Assembly (NCBI RefSeq): GCF_009914755.1
Contig: NC_060926.1
DNA length: 64,000 nt
Strand: one strand, 5' to 3'
DNA from: the human T2T-CHM13v2.0 reference genome, Homo sapiens
Shown here: piece by piece, positions 13,356 through 33,642 of the stretch
Position numbering within the stretch: the first letter of the stretch is position 1
Layout of the letters: every line of letters starts with the position of its first letter
Position numbers and translations under genes: made by a program
The notes under the pieces: model-generated
What the model was told of the DNA's origin: nothing
Seen by the model: only the letters and a program-made list of their open reading frames with translations
Database searches by the model: none

Positions 13356-15503
13356 GTGTCTACATCGTCCTTATGAAACATGTCCTGAGCACCCTCATTT
13401 CCAACCCTGCAGGCATTGCTCAGGCCTCTGATTCTAAACTCTAGTTCTGGTTTTTGGGGAAGCCACCTCCTCACTGCGAATCTCTGATTCCTTTGTTTGA
13501 GACACCAGAGGTGGGAAGACAGGAGGATTTTTCTAGTCACGCACAACGAACGTTTCTCTAATGCTATGCATGAGGGAATGACAGTGCTTCATCCAGCACA
13601 ACGGGTTCCTCTTCAGGGTGCCACGCCCCACACCTGCAGCCCAGCTGCTGCAGGCTGCGTTTGCTGGACATGGGACACCCAGCACGTGCATCGTGGTAAT
13701 TCCTGTAAATAAAGATGAGCGCGGCACCATCTGTTCCTCCGAGGAGTTAGCAATCTCAGTATTTTCTTCGTAAATCCAAATTATCCATTGTAGAGCTAAT
13801 GGGTATAAAACCCGCCATCACTGCACTGCCTGCCCCAGGAACCAGGGCCATGCAAATGTCTCGCTCTGAAACTGAGACTCAGAGTGTCTCCTCTGTCTTT
13901 ATTCCTTTCCAGTGAAAGCTCCCACATGCGTTGATGTGAACTGGATTGACCAGACATTTTGCTCTTTTAAACAATGGTTTAGGGAGGTTCCTAAAAGTTT
14001 CTTTGATTTGTTAAATACGTTATGAAGAAACTATTTTGTAGTATTCATAGAGATTCAATTTCCACTTAGCCATTGATCCAAAGTGACATTTTTGCTTGTT
14101 ATGATGAGCCTTCTGAAGTGAGGCGTGGTCTCAACATCACCCGTGGTGATTACACGGGGCATTCGCGGGAGCACCAGCGTGGGGCTGAGGCTGTTCCTGA
14201 TGGTGCCCAGGGCAGTGCTGATAGTGGAGGAGAGAGCCTGGTCTGAACAGCACCCCCAGTCCAGTCCACACGGATGAGGCAGGGCAGGAGATTCACCCTC
14301 CACCTCCCAGACCCATGACCGAGCACCCTTCACACCACCCCTTTCTCCTGTGAAAGAAAAGTAAAGACACTTAACAAAAAGTGATATTCTCAAACAAAAA
14401 GTAATATTCTTTAACAAAAAGTAAAACAACAGAATGATGTTGTTTTAAAAGCTAAACAAATGTAAATAATTCTGGTAGTGAAAGGAAGACCAAATTCATA
14501 TATCTAAAAAAAGTAAAATTCCCAAGGGCACTGGCAGGATAACAATGATATTAAAAACCAGTGAAGACAGCTTTTGGTCAGGGCTTTACTTAAAAATTAC
14601 TTTATATTTGGCAAAGACAAAATAGATAATATGGAATTTGGCTAGGGAAAAGGATGTATATTTTATTGGCTCCCACTGGTGAATTTACACCAGAGTCAGA
14701 GCTCGGCCACTTAAATAATATTTAATTTTTGTGATAAAAATGTTTTCTCCCTTAATAAACTGTTCCTTTAAAACTGGAATTCAAAGTAAATGCAAAGCAG
14801 AAAGAAGCTCCACAGTGTGTCCTTCGGGTAAACCAGTCTTCCTGCTGCCTTTAGATCAGCACCTCTGGTTATTTTTCAGCTTGACTTACACAGAAGAAAG
14901 TCGTATGCATTGGAATACGGTCTTTCTCTCACGGATTATTCTGGTAGATTTCAAAAGCCCTACAAGGATAATACAGGGAGCCATGGCCCTTTTGTGATTG
15001 CTGTCACAGTTTTATGAAAGGCATTTTCAAAAGTTAGCCTCGAGGAGATTCTGGAGATTTCTGTGCTCTCAGGAAACCCTTACCTCGCCGTGGCTCAGAA
15101 GCAGAAGTGAGGAGCCAGGCTTCTCTGTTTATGGAGAGGAATTTTCTGCACCTTCACAAGAGCTCAAAATGAACCCAGACAGAGTCTTTGAAGGACAAGG
15201 GCAGGACCCAGGGACCAGGCTGTGAGTCTGCCCTGCCTGGCTGCTTTCGGATCCTGTGTCCTCAGAACCCACCAAATTCATGTCGGTCTTGTCCTCACAG
15301 GTTCTCCTGGCCCTGGGTGAGTCACGCTGGGAGAGTTAGCACAGGTGGGGAAATGCAGGCCAGCGGCTGGCAGGGTGAGCTGCAGCCGCCCCTCTGTACC
15401 TGGTGCTATGTCTGCTAGTGGATCTTCACCCAGGATGTGCTTCCTCATTCTCGACTTCACCCCCAGCTCCAGACTCAGAGTATGAAGAGCTTGAGTGGTT
15501 GCC

Positions 15504-15860
15504 TGACATGGTTTCACTGTGTCCCCACCCAAATCTCATCTTGAATTGTAGCTCCCATAATTTCCACTTGTGGTGGGAGGGACCTGGTGGGAGATAATTG
15601 AATCATGGGGTGGTTTCCCCGATACTGTTCTCATAGCAGTTAATAAGTCTCACAAGATCTGATGGTTTTATCAGGGAAACCCCGTTTGCTTGGTTCTCAT
15701 TGTCGCTTGTCTGTGGCCATTTAAGACACGGCTTTCACCTTCCTCAGTGATTGTGAGGTCTCCCCTGCCATGTGGAACTGTGAGTTCGTTAAACCTCTTT
15801 TTCTTTTTAAATTACCCAGTCTCAGGTATGTCTTTATCAGCATGAAAATGGACTAATACA
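15504..15860 (+). mobile_element. THE1-type MaLR solo LTR
   Basis: TGACATGGTTT...TGTGTCCCCACCCAAATCTCATCTTGAATTGTAGCTCCC...GACTAATACA; TSD (T/C)TGCC. Confidence 0.9.
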
Positions 15861-16680
15861 CTGCCTGTTTATATTTTTAATTGGCAAGTGCCCTTACGTT
15901 GCTGGAGAGCGGGGCCAGCTAACTACAGCCCATGGGCCAACCCTGGTTCCCTCTCCAGTTTCTGCAAGCCCAGCCTCACGGGAGTGCAGGGCCTTCTCTG
16001 GCCACAGTCAGGAGCTGCTTTTTCCCAGGGCTGTGGTGCTGAGCAGAGGTGATGGAGCCCCATGGCCTGAAACATTCACTGCCCCTTCAAATGTGCCTGT
16101 TACCGATGGCTCAGAGCACACAGCCCATGCTTAGCGGCTGATGGCACAGGATCATTTGCCACCTGTCCTGGGGGCTGTGAGTCAGGTGTCTGAGAAAGCG
16201 TCAAATGTGGGATCTCTCCAGGGTTGCCCAGGCTCGGCCAGGGCTGGAGCACCTGCCTCCAGGGCGACTGTGACTCCGTGCTGCTCTCCCTGGGAGGCCC
16301 TGTTCCTGTCCATGTGGCCCGTGCTGGTGTGACAGTGGGAGAAGAGAGATCTGTGGGAATGCCGTGCACCCGGCAGATGCTGTGTGCACCTGGCGGGGGG
16401 TTCGTGCCTGAGCTGCTGTAGGGTGAAGCTGCAGTTTCAGAAGGTCCGAGAGATGTTAAACCCATTTGGCAGAGGGCTCTGATTGGATTCTGCCTCCCCC
16501 TGTTCTGGGGAAACTAGGCGGAAGTTGTTCTGCTCCTCTCAAAGGCGGCTCACTGAACCCTGGCGAGGTGCACACCATTGAGTGGATCAGTTCCAGCACT
16601 TGGCATTGACTTTGGAAATCTGAAATGTCTGTGATAAGCCAAATAAACTTAGATTTGTTTTATTTCATTTAAAGAGTGAA

Positions 16681-17059
<379 letters not shown>

Positions 17060-17745
17060 CTAAACAGGCGGTAGATCAAGCCAGGCTGATCACGAGGCAC
17101 CTTGGAATTCAGAAGGGAGCCGTGGAATGCAGAGGGGTTCACCATAAGCCCCTCGGCTCTGGGGCCCTCCAGACACCTCTCAGCTCCTGTGGGTGATGTC
17201 TCCTTACGCAGATGTGCTTCAATAATCTCGGGCCTTCTTGTAAACCAGGGCGTCGGTATAGCTCACAGCCTTCCATCTTCCCTGGCACTTTCCCTGTGTG
17301 GGGACTAAACACAAGGGTTTTCCAGGCTCCCTCCTCCTGGCAGGACACGGCTGTTCACACATGTCATAATATTATTTAATATCATAATGTTTCTGTCAGT
17401 ATTTTTTCATTTAGTAAAGAATCTTTGGACTTTCTTAACTCAACCTAAAGAAATAACTTTAAAAATGAAAATACCAGGCATAACAAAATCTTTGAGAAAT
17501 TTAGGGGCAGGCATGTGTCCTGTAGACATCACATTTTCCAAGATCCAAGTACTGAGAGTCGAGAGTTTTAAGAGCAGTATAGTTCACAGTTTGGTGATAA
17601 ATGGCATTAAATGTCTCATTACTACACTGACTCTGAAAATATGTCAAATGTGACTTTAAAAAAGATTACGTAGAAAATCTATTTGTTCCTTATTTTATTT
17701 GATAACCCTGAAACACAATTTTTCCCATGAAAATCTAATTTATTG

Positions 17746-18051
<306 letters not shown>

Positions 18052-18372
18052 TTATAATTTCCTTAAGATAGCCATATAATGTTAGAGTAAAACAAATGGT
18101 CATGTTCATCATTATATTCTAAAAAAAAATTCTATATTTGAAGCATTTGTTACTAACAGAATGTCTCTCTTGATATGGAAACTCATGATGAAAAGAAAAT
18201 AGTAAATAAATTGTTCCAGTTTTACACTCCCCAGTTTTCAGCAATTTACCTAAAAACTGAAGTGACACAATCACAGCCCCCAGCTGAGTTAGAACAGGCT
18301 CATTCAATGGGCTAGATGTTTCCATAAGGATAGGTCTCATCTGGAAAAAATAAACATATCCAGAAGAGAGAA

Positions 18373-19227
18373 TGCATTAGGCTGTTCTTGCATTGCTATA
18401 AAGAAATACCTGAGACTGAGTAATTTATAAGAAAATAGGCTTAACTGGCTCACAGTTCTGCAGGCTGTTTAGGAAGCATGGTGGCATCTGCTTCTATGGA
18501 GGCCTCAGGAAGCTTCCAATCCTGGGGGAAGGCAGAGGGTAAGCAGGTGTCTCACATGGTGGGGGCAGGAGCAAGAGAAAACAAAGTGAGAGGAGGTGCC
18601 ATAGACTATATATATGCACTTTAATTTCTGATTTCTGGGGCACATGTGCTGAACGTGCAGGTTTGTTATATAGGTATACACGTGCCATGGTGGTTTGCTG
18701 CACCCATCAAGGTAATACCATTCAGGACATAGGCATGGGCAAAGACTTCGTGACTAAAACACCAAAAGCAATGGCAATTAAAGCCAGAATTGACAAATGG
18801 GATCTGATTAAAGAGCTTCTGCACAGCAAAAGAAACTATCATCAGAGTGAACAGGCAACCTACATAATGGGAGAAAATTTTTGCAATCTAGCCATCTGAC
18901 AAAGGGCTAATATCCAGAATCTACAAAGAACTTAAATTTACAAGAAAAAAACAACCCCATCAAAAAGTGGGTGAAGGATATGAACAGACACTTCTCAAAA
19001 GAAGACATTCATGCAGCCAAAGGACATATGAAAAGAAAGCCATAGACTTTTAAACAATCAGATCTCATAAGAATTCACCATCCTGAGAACAGCAACGAGG
19101 GGGTGGTGCCAGATACTACCTGAGAATCCACCCATGATCCCATCACCTCCACCCAGGCCCCTCCTCCAACACTGGGGATGACATTTCAACATGAGATTTG
19201 GGCAGGAACACAGACCAAACCATATCG
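18373..19227 (-). mobile_element. MST-type MaLR solo LTR interrupted by an L1 insertion
   Basis: TGCATTAGGCTGTTCTTGCATTGCTATAAAGAAATACCTGAGAC...AAACCATATC; split at GCCATAGACT. Confidence 0.85.
18608..19038 (-). mobile_element. Short L1PA insertion with 5' inversion
   Basis: L1 3' end on - (18608-18710) joined to an ORF2 C-terminal segment on + (18711-19038; [13 protein letters not shown]); 10-bp TSD GCCATAGACT. Confidence 0.88.
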
Positions 19228-20599
19228 GACAACTTATTTGATAAATCCTTTGCTTTATGTAGAAAATGTCAGTCTTAGCTATACTAATAAAATTTTACAG
19301 TGTGACAATTTCTTCTTGAAATATGTTTTGTGTTTTAACCCATTGATGTTAACATGAAGATGTGCTATGGGATAAGTGAAGAATTAAATGTGCAAAACCA
19401 CATCCTTTTAGGAGCTACAGGACCATGTAGTTTGGACATGCGCCTCTAAGTGATGTGGAACTGAGCTCCATGACTCACGGGTGCTGCAGCCTTAATGTCC
19501 TCATTTGCAAAATTAGAATAACAATTGTCTCTACCTCATGAAATTGTTGAGAATTAGAGAAATTGTGCCTGGCAGCATAAGCACACATAAACGCAGCTGT
19601 AAATTGTGGTTGCTTTCATGAGGATGGGAAGATGGAGGAGTTTTTACCCCAATCCCAAGGAGGCACTGGCAGAGAAGAGATCACCTGCAGTCTATCTTTT
19701 GACCGAAAGAAGCTCCCTGATGCATTAAACCCTTTAAAATGCATCTCCACGACTGCACAGCCCACCCTCAGAGGCCACCGGCGATGCCCACGTAGAACCC
19801 GGGAGCGTTTCAGTCCCACTAGGGCACAGGAGTGGCACTACCTTTCAGAGCAACTGTCAGCTGGCTTCTGCGGCAAACAGCTCCCAAGTATAAATGACAA
19901 CACAGATATTCCTGGCTGGGCAGCTCCACACAGTTGCTCTTTTCCAAGAGGTGATTCAAGAATGTAAGCTTCCTCCTTGAAGGGTCAGCATCTTCAACAC
20001 AGAAACCCCAAGGCCACTATGGAAGCAGAGAGAAGGGGGCGCACACCCCTCTTGCCCATGCCTTACTGGCCAGCAACACTCACTTGCCTCCATGAAAACA
20101 TGAGACATCATGTCTTCATGATGAGAAATATCATCTTGTCAACTGCCCAATGGAAAACTAAAGTATTTTAGTGAACAAAGCATTGCCTTTGCCACAGTTA
20201 CCAAAACTGGTGAAGCTGAACAGCTGCAAAGGATACAGGCAGCAAACTGCCCTGAAACTGATGGAAAGAACCTTGCTAGGATTGTCACAACCAGGAATTC
20301 CAGGAAGACCTGGACTACATAGATATGTAAAGAAAAAGATGCTCTTTCTTTTTTTTAATATATATATTTTTTATTATACTTTAAGCTCTAGGGTACATGT
20401 GCACAACGTGCAGGTTTGTTACATATGTATACATGTACCATGTTGGTGTGCTGCATCCATTACTCGTCATTTACATTAGGTATATCTCCTAATGCTATCC
20501 CTCCCCCCTCCCCCCACCCCACAACAGGCCCCAGTGTGTGATGTTCCCCTTCCTGTGTCCATGTGTTCTCATTGTTCAATCCCACCTATGAGTGAGAAC

Positions 20600-24384
<3,785 letters not shown>

Positions 24385-24447
24385 TATGATGTTAGCTGGT
24401 TATTTTGCTCATTAGTTGATGCAGTTTCTTCCTAGCATCGATGGTCT

Positions 24448-25460
24448 TTACAATTTGGCATGTTTTTGCAGTGGCTGGTACCAGTTGTTCCTTTCCATGT
24501 TTAGTGCTTCCTTCAGGAACTCTTTTAGGGCAGGCCTGGTGGTGACAAAATCTCTCAGCATTTGCTTGTCTGTAAAGGATTTTATTTCTCTTTCACTTAC
24601 AAAGCTTAGTTTGGCTGGATCTGAAATTCTGGGTTGAAAATTCTTTTCTTTAAGTATGTTGAATATTGGCCCCCACTCTCTTCTGGCTTGTAGAGTTTCT
24701 GCCAAGAGATCAGCTGTTAGTCTGATGGGCCTCCCTTTGTGGGTAACCCGACCTTTCTCTCTGGCTGCCCTTAACATTTTTTCCTTCATTTCAACTTTGG
24801 TGAATCTGACAATTATGTGTCTTGGAGTTGCTCTTCTCGAGGAGTATCTTTGTGGTATTCTCTGTATTTCCTAATTTGAATGTTGGCCTGCCTTGCTAGG
24901 TTGGGGATGTTCTCCTGGATAATATACTGCAGAGTGTTTTCCAACTTGGTTCCATTGTCCCCATCACTTTCAGGTACACCAATCAGACATAGATTTGGTC
25001 TTTTCACATAGTCCCATATTTCTTGGAGGCTTTGTTCATTTCTTTTTATTCTTTTTTCTCTAAACTTCTCTTCTCACTTCACTTCATTCATTTGATCTTC
25101 AATCACTGATACCCTTTCTTCCAGTTGATCGAATTGGCTACTGAAGCTTGTGCATTCATCACATAGTTCTTGTGCCTTGGTTTTCAGCTTCAGCAGGTCC
25201 TTTAAGGACTTCTCTGCATTGGTTATTCTAGTTAGCCATTCGTCTAATCTTTTTTCAAGGTTTTTAACTTCTTTGCGATGGGCTCGAACTTCCTCCTTTA
25301 GCTTGGAGAAGTTTGATTATCTGAAGCTTTCTTCTCTCAGCTCGTCAAAGTCATTCTTTGTCCAGCTTTGTTCCATTGCTGGTGAGGAGCTGCGTTCCTT
25401 TGGAGGAGGAGAGGCACTCGATTTTTAGAATTTTCAGTTTTTCTGTTCTGTTTTTTCCTC
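24448..25460 (-). pseudogene. L1 ORF1, broken
   Basis: KRPNL.LIGVPE and MKEKMLRAAREKGRVT...QPLQKHAKL* lie in separate frames. Confidence 0.9.
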
Positions 25461-26037
25461 ATCTTTGTGGTTTTATCTACCTTTGGTCTTTGATGATGGT
25501 GACATACAGATGGGGTTTTGGTGTGGATGTCCTTTCTGTTTGTTAGTTTTCCCTCTAACAGACAGGACCCTCAGCTGCAGGTCTGTTGGAGTTTGCTGGA
25601 GGTCCCCTCCAGACCCTGTTTGCCTGGGTATCAGCAGCAGAGGCTGCAGAACAGTGAATATTGCTGAACAGCAAATGTTGCTGTCTGATCCTTCCTCTGG
25701 AGGTTTCGTCTCAGAGGGGTACCCGGCTGTGTGAGGTGTCAGTCTGCCCCTACTCGGGGGTGCCTCCCAGTTAGGCTACTTGGGGGTTAGGGACCCTCTT
25801 GAGGAGGCAGTCTGTCCGTTCTCAGATCACAAACTCCATGCTGGGAGAACCATTACTCTCTTCAAACCTGTCAGACAGGGACATTTAAGTCTGCAGAGGT
25901 TTCTGCTGCCTTTTGTTTGTCTGTGCCCTGCCCCCAGAGGTGGAGTCTACAGAGGCAGGCAGGCCTCCTTGAGCTGTGGTGGGCTCCACCCAGTTCGAGC
26001 TTCCTGGCCGCTTTGTTTACCTACTCAAGCCTCAGCA

Positions 26038-26379
26038 ATGGCGGGTGCCCCTCCCCCAGCCTCGCTGCCGCCTTGCAGTTGGATCTCAGACTGCTGTGTT
26101 AGCAGTGAGCGAGGCTCTGTGGGTGTAGGACCCTCCGAGCCAGGCGTAGGGTATAATCTCCTGGTGTGCCGTTTGCTAAGACCATTGGAAAAGCGCAGTA
26201 TTATGGTGGGAGTGACCCGATTTTCCAGCTGCCGTCTGTCACAGCTTTGCTTGGCTATGAAAGGGAATTTCCCTGACCTCTTGCACTTCCCAGGTGAGGT
26301 GATGCCTCGCCCTGCTTTGGCTCACACTCGGTGTGCTGCATGCACTGTCCTGCACCCACTGTCTGACAAGCCCCAGTGA
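26038..26379 (+). other. L1 antisense ORF0 homologue, open for 113 codons
   Basis: GCAATGG start; MAGAPPPASLPPCSWISDCC... matches the recalled primate L1 ORF0 N-terminus; no evidence of expression. Confidence 0.75.
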
Positions 26380-27639
26380 GATGAACCTGGTACCTCAGTT
26401 GGAAATGCAGAAATCACCCATCTTCTGCGTCGCTCACACTGGGAGCTGTAGACTGGAGCTCTTCCTATTTGGCCATCTTGGAACTGCCCGACGTTAATCA
26501 TCTAAATAAAGTATTTCCACCTGTACCTTCCTAGACGGGTCAGAATTCTCTAAAGAAAATTTTAGGGTACACTTTTGCCCCAAATAAGTGAATAAAAATC
26601 AATTTGGGGATACATTCTTGTTCTAAATAAGTGAACAATTAAGAAGTTTTTTTGTGTTTTATTTTTTTGTTTGTTTGTTTTATTCTGCTGACAGCCAAAT
26701 CTCTGGGGGAAAAACAACTGAATAAACTTTTGACAAAGCTGGGCTGGGCTGGCAGCTCACTCAGGAGGGGCAGGGCCTGGCTCAGGTCAGGTCTTCCTAG
26801 GGGAGACTGTGCTGGGATGAGGAGACAGTGGTGCCACAGGGAAGGGTGCTGAGGGCGTCTCAGAGAGCAGAGGGTGTCTGAGGAGCCCATTGCCAGTTCT
26901 TGTCGTGGCCAAGTCTAGTGAGATCTGGTGTCCGGGTTATTGATTTTCAGGACATTCATTGAACAAACAAATGTATTTGCAACTTCATCTTCCTGGGCAA
27001 GTGTTTCCCAGAGAGTAAAGTCATGTTCAGAGACAAGAGTTCTACTTCCCAACTGTAATTGGAATCTCAGTTTCACTTACTCATCCATGTGTCTGTGCTT
27101 AATTCCCTTTCATGTAACATGGGAAAAATAACACTACTTTCCTCATCAGATTGTTAATTAATTAATACAAGTAGAATATTTAAACAGTCTTGGTGGGTGG
27201 AAATGTCTGCAAATGTTAGTCCTTACCATGGTGATAATGATTTGCTCAGTAGGGCTTCCTCCCAAGCCATGGCATGCTCTTACTTGGGCCGTTTCTGTCC
27301 CCAGAGCCACTCCTGCCACTGATAATCCATTGTCCTCCCCTCCTGGCATCTGATGTGTGGCTTTTCCTCCCTTGCTTGTTTCCAGGAATTCTTTCCACCT
27401 CAGATTAAAAGCCTTTTCCACAACACAGCCTCCTCTGACCTACCTGACTGGGTCAGCTCTCACATTGTAGTATTTTAGAATTGTTTCATCAGTGATGAGC
27501 AACCAGGACACTTAGATCAAATTGCTATTTGTCTTTGGTTTGCTGTTTGTCTTTTCCAATAAGCCACCTTTTCTTCCCAGGGACCACGCCTGGTTTTTTA
27601 CTGTGGTGTCCCCTGGCATACAAGAGGTTAAGTGGTTAT

Positions 27640-30527
<2,888 letters not shown>

Positions 30528-30645
30528 TTCTTAAACAGATACTTAGGATGAAAATGAAATATGTGTAATGTTTTACATTCATGAGTGTGTAAAGAGTCAT
30601 ATAGACTCTTTGTCATCACTGGCTTTACTTTAAGGCAAAGGTGAC

Positions 30646-31053
30646 TGACTCAGGTCATTCTCATAATGGTATAAAGAAATACCTGAGGCAAGGTAACTTA
30701 TGAAGAAAAAGGGTTTCACTGACTTGTGGTTCTGTAAGCTGTAGAGGAAACAGCAGCTTCTGCTTCTGGGGAGGCCTCAGGAAGCTTCCAATTGTAGCGG
30801 AAGGCAGAGGGAGCGAGGCGTCTCACAAGGTGGGAGCAGGAGGAAGAGAGGAGAGGAGAGGGAGGTTCTGCACACTTCAACCACCAGATCTCACAAGAAC
30901 TCATTCACTATGAGGAGGATGCTGCTAACCCATTCGTGAGAAATCGCCCATGACCCAGTCACCTCCCACCAGGCCCACCAGGCCCCTCTTCCAACCCTGG
31001 GGATTGTAATTCAACGTGAGGTTTGGGTGGGGACACAGATTCAAGCCATATCA
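30646..31053 (-). mobile_element. MST-type MaLR solo LTR
   Basis: TATAAAGAAATACCTGAG...GGGACACAGATTCAAGCCATATCA; 5-bp TSD GTGAC. Confidence 0.87.
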
Positions 31054-33232
31054 GTGACTTTGCAGAGTTAAGATCAGGTCCACACAGCACCTGGGTGGAA
31101 GAGGTGGGTGTTGGGGGAGGGCCTGGGCTGGTCAGGTGGGGGACCCTTGTGCCCAAGGACACCCTGTGAACCTGCTGATATCAAGCTCAGGGACACCTGT
31201 GAACCCGCTGATAGCAAGCCTACCTTGAAGTCTGTTCAATGCTCTTCCAAATAAGGCCTGTGGAAACTCTCATGAGAAAAACAAGGCAAAAACTGCAGAA
31301 ATACAACAGAATAGATATACAGGAAATAAAAAGAGAGTTCCTAACTGGAAATGTCAATACTTTATCCAGGAAAAAATGCTCATGCGTGATTATTGGAGTA
31401 CAAATAATGTTTTTATGTTTCCAATTATATATTAGAATACATGAGAATTAGCTAAATCATGGTGACATTTCTAAATATTTCACTTCTTCTTTACGCATTT
31501 ATTGCTATAAGGACACTATCTGAAAAGTGGAGCTACTATTTATTTCAATATTTTAAGTAGACTGTGAAAGATAAAACAGACCGTGAAGTAATTCGTTGAT
31601 GTTTATGTGTCAAGGGCGCTTTAGTAACCTTTCAAATACCACTTTCAACTTAAGCCACCTATCTCCTCCATGTGACAATTTTCAATACTTCCAAAGTAAG
31701 AGTTTTACCTAGAAATCATTGACAAAATATGTCCAGCAGCCCCCAAATATTTCACTACATCCACTATCACCTTCCACATTGAAGCATTTAGCACGATATG
31801 GAGTTGTCCCAGGCTTGAAGACTGTGAATACGGTGGAATATTAAAGCTAAAGTTTACAGGAAAACACAAATATTGACATCTTATACATTTCAGCTATTTT
31901 TTCCTGTAATATAAGAACCTTGTAATGGAACGTATAAAGGGGAAATTGACTCTCAGACAGTTTCATTTTGACGACCATGGAGGGTACATCATCGGGCTTC
32001 GATGCCGCCTGCACTGAGCAGAAGCACCTTGATCTGCCAAGACCTCAAAATACGGGCTGGCCCAGCCACCACAGGATGGGGAAGGCTGGATTCTCTGAAT
32101 AGGATGTGGAATGGTCAGGCAGGTGCCTGGATCCAGACCCGCCGAACAGACGTCTCCAGGAATGCTCCTTTAACACTTGAAGCATGCATGTCTCACCTGT
32201 GAGATGGAGAAAGTGTGTCTCCCAGGCCAGTGGGGCTGGGATTGGAGAGGATGGAACAGGCAAATGCAAACGTGAGAAAGTGACCTTCAGGGCCACTGTC
32301 CTGGACGCATGGACCGAGCGTCACCCGGGCCCTGCCCAGAGAGTCCTGCCTGGTCTAATGCTCTGCTGTCACTGGTCTGAAATGGTTTATAATTTTTTGA
32401 GAAGGGGCCATGGGTTTTTAATTTGCACTGAGCCCTTCACATTCTGTAGCTGGTTTGCAAGCCGCATTGGATGGGCCATGAGAGTGTTGAGATGCGGTTA
32501 GATTTGCAGGAGCGGAACTCAGGATGTGCCCCCACGTGATTCCAGGCTCCTAGTCACCGCGCAGGGCCTCTTCTGACCCTGAGGCTTCCGCTTCCCTGCA
32601 CACCATATGTTGGATTTTCCTTCATAATTTATAGCTTTAGTTGAACAAGAGTTTTCTAGGATGAAAAAAAATTGCAGTTTTTTCTTTGAATTTAAATGTC
32701 TTACTACTTTTCCTCCATTGCCTGTCAGTGCAAAACAAACACAAACAAAGCATCAGCCACTTCTCTTTCTCTAAATCTCCAGGAAGCCCTGCCTCTCCAG
32801 GCAGCTCCACTCCCAGGTGTGCCCTTGGAAGGGGTGCAGTTTGCTGCACAGAAGCTCTGGCATAACTCAGAATAAGAAACTCATTTCCCCAACCAGCCAG
32901 CCACACTGTAATCCAAGCAGAACAGCTCTGACACAAAGATTTCCCATGTGACCATTCAAGATTTTATACACACTAATATTCTTCCTTTAGTTTAAAGAAT
33001 CAAGTTTGCTTTGGATTATTAAAAAGCTCTGCACTTAAAGGTCATGGGGAAACTTAAATGGCAAAAGGAAGCAAGGCCCAAGTTTCTTTTATGTCTAACA
33101 TAAAAAATTGTTAAATAATGCTACGTATTTTTTGATAGATTTAAGATATAAATTTCCTAATTTTATGTATAATAAAATAAAAAACATAAAAATATCTCTC
33201 CATGTGAAGTGGGTTTGAGTGTCGTTAATGAG

Positions 33233-33642
33233 TGGTCTGGTTTGACTGTGTCCCCACCCACATTTCATCTTGAATTGTAGCTCCCATAATCCCCATGTCA
33301 AGGGAGGGACCTGGTGGGAGGTAATTGAATCATGGGGGTGGGTTTTTCTCATGCCGTTCTAGTGATAGTGTGTTCTAGTGATAGTGTGTTCTAGTGATAG
33401 TGTGTTCTAGTGATAGTGACTAAGTCTCATGAGATCTGATGGTTTTATAAAGGGCAGTTCCCCTGCACACATTCTCTTGCCTGCCGCCATGTAAGAGGTG
33501 ACTTTGCCTCTCCTTAGCCTTCTGCCATGATTGTGAGGCCTCCCCAGCCATGTGGAACTGTGAGTCCATTAAACCTCTTCCTCTAATAAGTTACCCAGTC
33601 TGGGATATGTCTTTATTAGCAGCGTGAAAACAGACTAATACA
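33233..33642 (+). mobile_element. THE1-type MaLR solo LTR with an internal 16-bp tandem expansion
   Basis: THE1-like ends, TSD ATGAG, (TTCTAGTGATAGTGTG) x~4 at 33356-33418. Confidence 0.9.

Noticed and set aside
15910-16095. Possible MER58-type DNA transposon
   Set aside because: Resemblance too degenerate to call by eye
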